Shown here piece after piece: positions 47,101 to 51,563 of a stretch of 51,563 nucleotides of DNA. The DNA lies in IMG/VR virus record IMGVR_UViG_3300006029_000009, positions 1-51,563 of that record; one strand, 5' to 3'. The translations under genes and the position numbers were made by a program. This stretch comes from a virus. Taxonomy: Duplodnaviria > Caudoviricetes. The notes beneath the pieces were generated by a model, which worked only from the letters and a program-made list of their open reading frames with translations, was not told the DNA's origin and made no database searches. Each line of letters begins with the position of its first letter. The first letter of the stretch is position 1.

Positions 47101-47544
47101 ATTGATACAATTACCGGTTCAGCCGGTTCGTTCTCTGTAAGAACATTTGACTATTTTACCAACCCCGACTTTGATCCTGCTAGAGCACCATTTAAGCGTA
47201 AGTTTTATGGCGAGCCCAATATTTTTGGGAACAGCAATCGATATGACGACCACAAAAAACACGTTAACTACGTGGTGGCTAGGAAAGATACGCTAAAAAG
47301 TAAAGCCAGTCATGGCGATATAGACAAGGAGATATTAAATAGCTTTATTGCCGAAAACAAGAGAACCATTGTGTTGGCATCCCGCCTAAAGGCCACTGAG
47401 AAAAAAGTGAGGTCACTCTATAAAGACGTAAAGTCAGCTAGGCAAATTGGCGATAAGAATAAAGTTAAAAAAATTCAGGATCAGATCAATGAGCACAAGT
47501 TAAACTTTAACAAGGCCTATAATAAAATACATTTATCAGATTAA
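35146..47544 (+). CDS. giant polyvalent ejected protein: N6-adenine methyltransferase, Strawberry-notch SF2 helicase, JAB/RadC and LPD38-like domains (DarB-like)
   Basis: EPTAGNG (38941) and NPPF (39112); DQTGVGKGR (40147), DESH (40531), SAT, EITGR, TGLSLHAS, QMLGRINRTGQ; HNHPSG.P.PS.AD (44230); NFNRKG...KIPLPYG C-terminus. Confidence 0.88.
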   Translation: MKWSQVTASPRFQEFDEEKKELVRNDFFTKFVAPDAPQERLPELKLAWDEKTKGVADVTLKGVRDKAVFANEDGEEVKAFNDKPVANNDPQEKGFLNNSLRLAGDTVNRVAGGIVGVADDVLEVAENAVNLGGFRYQDDSIIPEYLSPKEWKKAREGGLKNTFERVENNLKTSTLGGTKKHTPEKIKNAYKEGRYWDMTAETFKFAGESGIESLPYMLLATVSLPALAISEADRYGNERAANKGKGDSSIVDTLEALPFALGASYLERFGAKGIANAGKDAAESLGKEMIDSGFKHVIKSSGKAGAKEAGTEFFQEGVIEYIGTRFGTDAKMDALEAIESGAWGALAGGISGTAMATVPATAREIVRSKYDSGQRDVADYSGPKPLKNFLDEDAGTESTENEAAYNPEEVTANLESQKVTATPDQIESTLDDDIDIDSELAVTANDLTKNKEIQEAIDIVKLESMEDKYADDENIENDTANEIAALESIVSQDESALINPSEQSKEDFIKAAPTQEIDSSPSMIEGLTDIESAQSRARFKELGPEKYSKWAGGRFTDKAKKDAALSLLAPNQDSAGQPSKIDKLREKVQSLREEKEQEAITEIDVPARKAAANKNAIAKEKHNATANIDTTKDSLLVAAARRGGLNMAAWESEGLDSSDMKNRSINNKVFGRPSFRVNGGMTPDDLAELANEYGYGENLTASDAIDLISNEMAGRPSYNPVAVDAIMAQEAEQQQRDLQDAEEAFDLTEEQSLIVQATDEAIASGVSMDEINSVINEREGKTWEIIGYLKGLKPNEERGGGQDNESGTVSKREKEEAGSEDGDPTVPFEGKGKGEGQAEVIGKDDALPDWLTDGFDLESQTEGDIKQKDESIKKAEAENRKADDDAEAKRKADLEANDFVLSGSNSTSDIAASLGQGDIFASSPVKTDATNKAKPATVKSTHIDIVTGEEIEITGNVNADGAVFKFSDGSLQSRNNDEVAETYEYSESKKQKMVSSSYAHGRAEREKGSPRELPAHYASSKRKNAKEWYRGWDAGRAAPKENTVFTESAAEKARAVLLAKMKNLNSGLDPETVQAGITLAGYHIEKGARTFSAYSKEMINDLGDAVIPYLKSWYMAVKYYPNANFEGMDDAALVENFDTNKLKDTDKGSLDEYLADNLADITDNRKLKNLIAEYFGITYEQVGDKELKQAQEALELALVRQARETVKNGGSASDIYNALVDQYNNQPNLNVRSSSSVENQAYSTPSPLAFIASNLAGINQEKTVYEPTAGNGMLLINADPSKAKVNELDKGRAQNLEAQGFSVSSDDATTLTVAPKHDSVIMNPPFATLDKNVRIDGYSIKKLDHLIVAKALEGMKDGGKASIIIGANKKEGVIGATEKVFFNWLYGNYNVVDHIEIDGDLYKRQGAGWPVRLITIDGRRQSKQFAPPSGSIARLDNWSDIYEHYIDIEKLLGAPSKEPDGRGEDSAVVEAESNDDRSTTRPNGVKTPVSDGGINSRTDNGVSASSAGDGKPSVVGGRSGGDSGNTVMGGRTGGVDSQRGDGRAVDSSKNKGVEGDSAKPDARRVAANPISSKKRIEGGASSFQSNYVSKSKGYNEGVLVPKNMADVTAKALDEIESEIGDFDAYAMDKLGYKSIKELHDAFMGLQVDTIVAQIYNMEAKGKGVIIADQTGVGKGRQAAGIIRYAMRKGKIPIFVTAKPNLFSDMYEELLSIGVTDASPFISSQKEAIIYEDQTLFKDKPDPHKAKVFDVIDSGSLPDGSNMFFTTYDQMKITANNKKREMVSALVDSGKALFVLDESHNASGVFSNEKKIDGVKTEVITAAGFFSQQTKGAEVMYLSATYAKRPDNMPLYHKTDIINAVDSEAELVDAISVGGVPLQQVASSLLAGSGQLFRRERSFDGINIPMVVDTENTDYQRKVADIVTDGLDAVVNANNIFMAFFFEGGYADKYGPAGGGVKAAGNKAGKSDISVNPFTSTVHNSIRQLMLGIKAKRSAEMAIDLHKKGVKPVIALENTMGSLLSGLIKSRGLVDGDRIDFNYNDILLTSLERSRRISVKDAKGDSQPVQIEIHQLDPVTKQAYLEAEDTINALDLGDLPASPLDYMLNEMSRAGMRADEITGRQWSVDYSGDHPVIRKIKPKSAAARKKIIDAFNSGGLDSLILNVAGATGLSLHASEKFTDTKPRHMIVAQAMLDVNILMQMLGRINRTGQVELPQYSLLTLNLPSEKRPVANTMKKLAQLNANTSSNDKSDTSFDAPDFLNKYGDEAVNEWLLDNPKISLKSGISAIENSAPEAGLANKFTGRISRFKVNLQERIYDEIIDAYNDKIEYLNSVNQNDLIAQTIDLDAHILESKVVYEGKGIDKISGNTTLHKVNTKYQGKPPLPSDVEKAIKKGLKGSTPDAIYNKIVASREADTKYLISLEESQADNEKELDKFSGKLRLLPSGTEEETKQRELISKKIVEIENRIASDIESINNYHSQARLTKQMLSQFKIGNRVAVMVDDQQVLGVVTDVKDGHKEGKGNPYALSKAKVTLMVNSGVRQISLPLSKLKEGGGIFDRVIKGSGIEGLDRIFDPTFGRTERREIRHIATGNLFAGFAKLPKGHIIRFTDRAGATHQGILMPRSFGKKGEFEQGAAVLTRVVRDPKAAAKYLLSGGVAAESGLFSPDRTVKVRMGRESLSVFVPNNSRPSVGRSIKLNTTIRGMIGDFYGRGKESMAKVGEANLQKVLTEIMATTPLYINSGLGAQYEDAGGAAAIEAVMSFDGDTIQPEALAPKQAVENVSEKAQDESIEGTLPDSTTVSKPDKPTVSEPDSSLVETWGAKHTKTDADLYMAGMTKRVERDEFLELKELAKKNNGYWSRFGKAGFLFESESDRASFVAAIESRDNPTSGSLNEPRTKYETDSQKKTNADNRARKQAEEAISGNARWGKGTILANGISNQFKEKGFVSLVGQKVDSDQDLANLAEVYRDPRFETFRVFFIKDGKVVGQTGITSRMPSTVLIFDNDLDRENKLNDLGKQKEALGADGFYMLHNHPSGNPQPSRADIFITKQFDKGIDGFLGHVVINGDKYAFIDKDMSTEIKNRKNEGYGSTDEAKIAHPLIGATISQSSDLYAIGAKLRDGADGHIQIIARGNSGIRGIFSVDPAEIGESKKERLRLAATLRRFSRQVGGAEIFAVNVPESHAELFVHAIKKGIIVDAITASVDGSYSSIRGLGIDPIESGFKQKSMSVDEEGSGYSAPTEVEGFDQWVLPNELTGTVSDSITTKKGIQQRLRSSRRKLQDKHIVWQSVQEAIKKAGGNIVDFSDAYNKFTLIEGKIGHHFRNLHDDHVKPLIDAVVESEISIDQLNEYLYAKFAPQRNATIADRDPERPDGGSGMTDAQSQEVLSKFTPEQTETLESLAQRVYAMNRMKLDVLVDSGRMTDETREELLKDDRYVPLKGFAEAGDLVADTNAVGKGFDQAQKLFKEATGRKSLAADILQTAVRDIESGLISAEKNRVGQSVLKLVMDNPNENLWEINPIKTSRHLNKTTGQVELRTEKNYKSLSRDPNVFVTWVEGKPYAIEFKDGNGGESSLARALKNMGTDSVPWWAQGLGRYNRWLSYVNTALSPEFMLINPIRDVQTALVKTYGDFDASTAKDVVKNIPRAMRAAMGGLGESKLSQKLSNPEDAKFYIEYEAEGGKTDYFRTKTVEEMKREFDRELWAAKKGAKGTAIRGARHILKTIENANAILENMTRLSLYMTLRERGVSAHQAATASKNLTVNFNRKGEMGALANSLYLFYNASIQGSHLTIKLMQNPKVQKLLAVAGAGMMALTAYNILMGGDDEDGEQNYFKNVTDYEKERNIIIMWPDGSGRYTKIPLPYGLNVPLNAAAAMVHVGFGQDPMSEAGKVFSSAWTSFSPIGEKGWNIIAPTVIDPIIDVTLNRNFADRKIMPSENIYAKNAKPDSQRYFSTSNKYFVEAAKALNDYTGGNENKSGIVDISPETIEYAIDTITGSAGSFSVRTFDYFTNPDFDPARAPFKRKFYGEPNIFGNSNRYDDHKKHVNYVVARKDTLKSKASHGDIDKEILNSFIAENKRTIVLASRLKATEKKVRSLYKDVKSARQIGDKNKVKKIQDQINEHKLNFNKAYNKIHLSD

Positions 47545-47569
47545 CTTTAGCCTATGTGCCGAAAGCCTA

Positions 47570-47683
47570 TTACGGCTCATAGCAAGAAGGGTCATCGTCC
47601 GAGCATTTAGAGTAATCTGGACCAAGGAAGACTGCATATACAATAATTAAAACGATGGCGGCTACTTGTGCGTATGGGTGCAT
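47570..47683 (-). CDS. small single-TM peptide (37 aa, absent from the ORF track)
   Basis: MHPYAQVAAIVLIIVYAVFLGPDYSKCSDDDPSCYEP; starts 2 nt after the lipoprotein stop. Confidence 0.45.
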   Translation of the reverse strand: MHPYAQVAAIVLIIVYAVFLGPDYSKCSDDDPSCYEP

Positions 47684-47685
47684 AA

Positions 47686-47991
47686 TTAAGCCCCACACCT
47701 ATAAGCATTCCCTGAGACATAAGGGCTAAAGCCTCCGTTAACTGTCTTCCATACAATGTGGGTCGCTCCAGCTCTAGCGGCCTTTTCTCGCGCCTCATTT
47801 TGGGCGTTATTAATGCCTGTAGAGGCGGCCAGATTTCCCCAGCCAGATGATCCGCTAACGTTACGTATCAACGTGCAGTTGATGACTGATCTTTCGTCTG
47901 CATCGACAATAGATAGACCGCCGGTTGACAGGCTAGTTGCGCAGCCTGACGCAATGATTACGAACAGCGCACATAAAAAAACAATCTTCAT
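47686..47991 (-). CDS. small lipoprotein moron (DUF4156-like)
   Basis: IASGC lipobox; C..I..V.G...A.NEAR.KAA..GATHIV...G.AY.C. Confidence 0.75.
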   Translation of the reverse strand: MKIVFLCALFVIIASGCATSLSTGGLSIVDADERSVINCTLIRNVSGSSGWGNLAASTGINNAQNEAREKAARAGATHIVWKTVNGGFSPYVSGNAYRCGA

Positions 47992-48275
47992 AAAGTGCTC
48001 TCTAATTTTTGAATTATCAATGATGCCTCAACTTACACGCAAAAATTCATAAAATCTAGTAGCGATAAGCGTTTAGTTTAGTCTTCCCCATTAAACCAAC
48101 AAATAAAACTTTGCCAAACATAGTTTTCTCCATTTAGAAAATGCTAGATCATCCTAGTTTTGCCAGTTTAGCTGGTCTATTTTGTGCGATATATCCTACA
48201 AGTTTTTGCGATTTATCCTGCATACTTTGATTTACCCTCTATTCAAAATACGCCTCACCAAATTGGAGGCGCATC

Positions 48276-48482
48276 ATGCAATGGATATTTATCAGCTCTA
48301 GCATCATCACTGAAGTCGAAACCGGTTTTACCGTTCGCCTTAATTCGGGTACTTGGTCCGAGCCTCGCGACGTAACGCCAGACAAGACTAACATTTCGGC
48401 TTACGATCAAGCCAAGCTACTAAGGCTTGGGCTTGAGTTTGCGAGAGAATCGCTTTCGGTTGATTATAATTATGATCATTGA
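48276..48482 (+). CDS. small hypothetical moron
   Basis: GGAGG RBS at good spacing; isolated orientation. Confidence 0.6.
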   Translation: MQWIFISSSIITEVETGFTVRLNSGTWSEPRDVTPDKTNISAYDQAKLLRLGLEFARESLSVDYNYDH

Positions 48483-48493
48483 AAATTTATAAG

Positions 48494-48727
48494 CTAACTA
48501 AAAATAAGAACCTTGACGGAACAGACAATTAAGCCAATCGCGCCCAAGCTACAGGCCACAACGGCGAACACTAAAGTGTGCTCTCTTGAGCGAGACAATC
48601 GATCGAAATCATCTTGGTTTTTAGCAAGCGCGATGATACCCATCCCCATATGAACGATCTTTGGATAGGTTCCGTCGAACTTGGCCTTTGATAATATTCC
48701 ATCTTGCATTGTTTTCATGCTTTTCAC
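48494..48727 (-). CDS. small membrane protein
   Basis: GAGGA RBS; C-terminal TM helix. Confidence 0.6.
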   Translation of the reverse strand: MKSMKTMQDGILSKAKFDGTYPKIVHMGMGIIALAKNQDDFDRLSRSREHTLVFAVVACSLGAIGLIVCSVKVLIFS

Positions 48728-48739
48728 TCTTAATTTCCT

Positions 48740-49072
48740 CTAAGTTATTTTGGACTGACCTACCTCAAGATGCCTCTCCTTATGCCGCTTATCCATCAAA
48801 GGAAGGAGTGTATCCATAACTACCATTAACGTTCTTTCTGAGTTTTTACCTTGCAGTAGATACGATGCTGTAATTAAATTATGCAGCTGATGGCTAATTC
48901 CTTGGCGAACGCCAGCAGGGGGTAGCGCTCGCTCTGTGGCGTCCATAACTTCATAGTGGCTCAACAATTCTAGCAGGGCCACCCTGTCCACAAAAACCAT
49001 ATCTCGCCGACCCCTTGTGTTTCTGTAGTCTTCCAAATTGTGCTTTATTCGCTCTAGAAAGTTCATAATCAT
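48740..49072 (-). CDS. hypothetical protein adjacent to attP
   Basis: 110-aa ORF packed with the 48494 gene. Confidence 0.6.
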   Translation of the reverse strand: MIMNFLERIKHNLEDYRNTRGRRDMVFVDRVALLELLSHYEVMDATERALPPAGVRQGISHQLHNLITASYLLQGKNSERTLMVVMDTLLPLMDKRHKERHLEVGQSKIT

Positions 49073-49089
49073 CTACTCTTAAAAAGTTG

Positions 49090-49465
49090 TAAGTTATTGA
49101 TAACAGGGTGCCGCACTCTCGAGTTATTAAGAGTAGGAAAAAGGTTAAGTAATTGATTGGCTAGAAAAGAGGGCAACCTTGCCAAGGTCGCGCTCTCATT
49201 CCCGAAATACAGTGGTCTATACAGTGTGTAACTTATTGATTTATATAGAGCGGTGATGGTCGAATGTATCGAGCCTGAAGTGGCAATAAAACCATTTAAA
49301 ATCAATGGCTTATCTGAATTTTGGACGTGAAACTGGGGGTGTGGTGGTCGTCGGTTCAAATCCGGCCACTCCGACCATATTTTTTCAATTAAATCAGTCG
49401 CTTGCATTGATTTTATAACCCCCACAAAAAACCTTTCCCGATACTTTCCCGATATTTTCCCGAAA
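49090..49465. mobile_element. attP region with IHF and integrase arm-type sites
   Basis: WATCAANNNNTTR matches at 49090-49102, 49146-49158, 49229-49241 (minus) and 49300-49312 (plus); three tandem YTTTCCCGAWA at 49433-49465 plus ATTCCCGAAA at 49198. Confidence 0.85.
49333..49377 (+). pseudogene. 3' half of tRNA-Pro(GGG), the attP core/identity block
   Basis: Anticodon loop CT-GGG-GG, T arm GTCGG-TTCAAAT-CCGGC, acceptor strand CACTCCG-A-CCA (implies a 5' CGG start); no 5' half upstream. Confidence 0.88.
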
Positions 49466-49498
49466 CGATTGCTGCATATCCATCAATAAGGGATACAT

Positions 49499-49768
49499 TT
49501 ACTGCAATTCGCCTTCCATCCTCTCTACCGCAGATAGCCATAAATCAATATCTTCCCTCATGCCGTGTATCCCGCATGAGTGGTGAAAGCTCGTTGCTTC
49601 GCCTTCCCATCTTTCGGGGTGTAGCATCATCCGTTTAATTTTAGAGATTATTTGTCTAACTCTTGCGCCGCTAACTTCGTATTTTTTCCCTACATTTTCA
49701 TAGGTTTCGCCAGACAGCACTAACTTGAGCATATCTAAAGATTTTATTCTATTTTCTTTGGTCATCAT
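49499..49768 (-). CDS. sigma-70 region-4-like HTH protein
   Basis: GETYENVGKKYEVSGARVRQII. Confidence 0.75.
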   Translation of the reverse strand: MMTKENRIKSLDMLKLVLSGETYENVGKKYEVSGARVRQIISKIKRMMLHPERWEGEATSFHHSCGIHGMREDIDLWLSAVERMEGELQ

Positions 49769-49772
49769 AACA

Positions 49773-50861
49773 TCACCATAATATCGTATTACCCGCCTGA
49801 GCTGGCGCGTATTGTTTCTCTTTGTGGCCAGCTAAATATTCTTTAGTCTGCTTCTCGCTGGAATGAGTCATCAGTATTTGTATGCTTCCAGTCTCTCTTT
49901 TCTCGACCGATTTTATCAGGTGGCTACCTAGTGACCTGATCTCGTGGAAAGATGGCCATTCTTCGGTAGGCATGCTGCTAAATATTTTGGTTGCGGTGGC
50001 AAGCTTTCTAAATTCACGGGTCAGCATTTCAGGGTTTAATTGGCCCTTGTATCTGGGCTTGCTTACAACGTTCTGGCTTAGAGGGGGTAGGGCTTTGGCT
50101 CTATTTAATACCTCTCTAAGCGCTGGTGTTATCTGCGCTGCAATACGTGAAGTTTCGTACCTCTCGACCTTCTGTCGCTCAATTAGCAATGCTCCGTCCT
50201 CTTCATCTGAAAACTTCATCTTTGCCACTTCATTTCTTCCGAGGCATAACAGCAAAGCTATATCCATTGCCACCATAAACCATTCTGGTGCCGCTTCTCG
50301 TATCGCCCCATAGTCATTTGTAGTAAGTCGCTTGCGTGATTTCTTTACGCCTTTGAGCCTTGCTTGTGTTGCCGTGACAGGATTGTGAGCTATTAACCCC
50401 TTGCTTATGGCAAAGTCCATGACGGCGTGGAGCATGCGACGATGGTTGCGATATGAGTCACCTGCTAATTGATCTAAGAACTCAGCTATGTGCACGGTCT
50501 CTATTGTTGATACCGCCAAACTGCCAAGGTCTTTTTTAATTCGTTTAATCTGATTTCTGTAATTACTTTTTGTTGATTCCTTGATGTCAGGATTTTTTTC
50601 TATCTCGGCCTCTAGGTATCGGTCAGCGATAGACTCAATAGAGGCTTTGCCCGTTACTTTTTGAACCAAGCTTTGCCCGTGCATAAGCCTTGAGTTTAGC
50701 TGTCTTGCGGCATCTACCGCTTCTGCCTTATTAGTTCCCATTCCAAATGTTTTGCCGGTGTCGGGTCGCTGATACTCATAGTAAACCGCCTTGCCTTTGG
50801 CTCTGGCATACAAGTTAGGCTCAAGCCCTTTGTTTTTTTTGCTTCGATTGCGTGGTGACAT
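49773..50861 (-). CDS. int: lambda-family tyrosine integrase
   Basis: Arm-binding N-terminus (PNLY...YY.Y..P.TGK.FG.G), FHEIRSL, H.S..QT..Y; next to attP. Confidence 0.93.
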   Translation of the reverse strand: MSPRNRSKKNKGLEPNLYARAKGKAVYYEYQRPDTGKTFGMGTNKAEAVDAARQLNSRLMHGQSLVQKVTGKASIESIADRYLEAEIEKNPDIKESTKSNYRNQIKRIKKDLGSLAVSTIETVHIAEFLDQLAGDSYRNHRRMLHAVMDFAISKGLIAHNPVTATQARLKGVKKSRKRLTTNDYGAIREAAPEWFMVAMDIALLLCLGRNEVAKMKFSDEEDGALLIERQKVERYETSRIAAQITPALREVLNRAKALPPLSQNVVSKPRYKGQLNPEMLTREFRKLATATKIFSSMPTEEWPSFHEIRSLGSHLIKSVEKRETGSIQILMTHSSEKQTKEYLAGHKEKQYAPAQAGNTILW

Positions 50862-51064
50862 TATCCGGCCAGTACTCGATCAATTAATGGATTGCCTGTA
50901 GTCTCTATCTTATCTTCTTCGATAAATACAAACCATGATCCTCTTGTCTTCTCGGCGGCTATATCACCGTTCTGACACCAGCGACGAACAGTCACAGGGG
51001 AGGGCGCACCTTCGGGGTCGTATTTTTTTCGGATATAGCCACTGATGTTAATTTGCTTTTTCAT
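50861..51064 (-). CDS. xis: excisionase
   Basis: PS..TVRRWC.NG.I.AEK..GSW.V winged HTH; TAATG-coupled to int. Confidence 0.85.
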   Translation of the reverse strand: MKKQINISGYIRKKYDPEGAPSPVTVRRWCQNGDIAAEKTRGSWFVFIEEDKIETTGNPLIDRVLAG

Positions 51065-51101
51065 ATCTTACAGCCCTTAGCTATTGTAGTCATAAATACA
51101 C

Positions 51102-51419
51102 CTAATTCAAAAATCTGTCTTCAGTTGGCAAAGTGTCGGCACCTTCTCTGGTTATCTCAACCAGAAACGCTGACGGGTTAACGGTTCTATTTGGCCTTAA
51201 CGTGTCAGCAACTATAAGAGGTAACTCGTCAAGAATATCCTTATCCATTAATGAATAGTTAACGCAGTGCAGGGAGCGAAGATATTTATATCTGGGGTGC
51301 TTTTCTGGATTAACCCCAATCATGCTACCAATATCATCTAGAAGGCAAATGTTAAAGCTTTTGCCAGTGTTCAAAAGCTTGTCTATCGCTTGCTCTATAC
51401 ATTTTTTTTCAAAACTCAC
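51102..51419 (-). CDS. hypothetical protein
   Basis: 105-aa ORF in the leftward operon upstream of xis. Confidence 0.7.
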   Translation of the reverse strand: MSFEKKCIEQAIDKLLNTGKSFNICLLDDIGSMIGVNPEKHPRYKYLRSLHCVNYSLMDKDILDELPLIVADTLRPNRTVNPSAFLVEITREGADTLPTEDRFLN

Positions 51420-51421
51420 AA

Positions 51422-51562
51422 TTACACCTGCTTATCTGTTGTTTCAAATCTACCAATGTCTCCACCTGCCCACAAAGCTATAAAATCAGCCAGAGATGAA
51501 GCGGTTTCAAATGCCCATTTTTTGCCAAGCATTCCCTGCCCTGCATTCTCGTAAACAATATA
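51422..51562 (-). CDS. hypothetical protein, probably truncated by the window end
   Basis: Open frame YIVYENAGQGMLGKKWAFE...KQV* runs off the end. Confidence 0.4.
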   Translation of the reverse strand, partial: YIVYENAGQGMLGKKWAFETASSLADFIALWAGGDIGRFETTDKQV

Positions 51563-51563
51563 T

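Noticed and set aside
35256-47140. Many 60-180 aa antisense or alternate-frame ORFs inside the giant gene and other long genes
   Set aside because: They are shadow ORFs of long coding regions, Ser/Leu-rich and without recognisable motifs
49300-49377. Complete tRNA gene
   Set aside because: Only the anticodon loop to CCA is present; there is no 5' acceptor strand or D arm upstream
49069-49425. 118-aa minus-strand ORF
   Set aside because: It runs through the attP core and IHF sites and has no protein-like features; most likely spurious
49433-49465. Tandem repeats as a CRISPR array or VNTR
   Set aside because: 11-bp units without spacers next to attP fit integrase arm-type sites; I saw no CRISPR array or cas gene in the window

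Overview
The window looks like a complete or near-complete temperate phage genome of about 51.6 kb, seen in the unintegrated state because attP is intact. The host is probably a gammaproteobacterium, inferred from IHF, CRP and LexA-type sites and a lambda-family integrase. The early region is lambdoid: a leftward operon (Erf, YqaJ exonuclease, Xis and Int, split between the two window ends), an immunity region with matched OL/OR operators, and a rightward operon (Cro, DUF1376 replication protein, PAPS-reductase-like protein, NinB/NinG, Q-like regulator). A lysis cassette follows, then a podovirus-type virion module (TerS, split TerL, P22-like portal, scaffold, N4-gp56-type capsid, adaptor, nozzle, ejection proteins) ending in a 4132-aa polyvalent protein. 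attP carries the 3' half of tRNA-Pro(GGG). The most unusual elements are: (i) a 6.5-kb three-gene adhesin/depolymerase chain before the terminase, ending in cadherin domains fused to a neck/adaptor-like domain; (ii) a double-repressor immunity region with two small ORFs and a perfect CRP site; (iii) the giant protein combining methyltransferase, Strawberry-notch helicase, JAB, Rmf-like and LPD38-like parts; (iv) a structured non-coding region at 205-540; (v) a split TerL; and (vi) a 60-bp dyad in the late operon. All family calls come from motif recognition by eye; no database searches were run.
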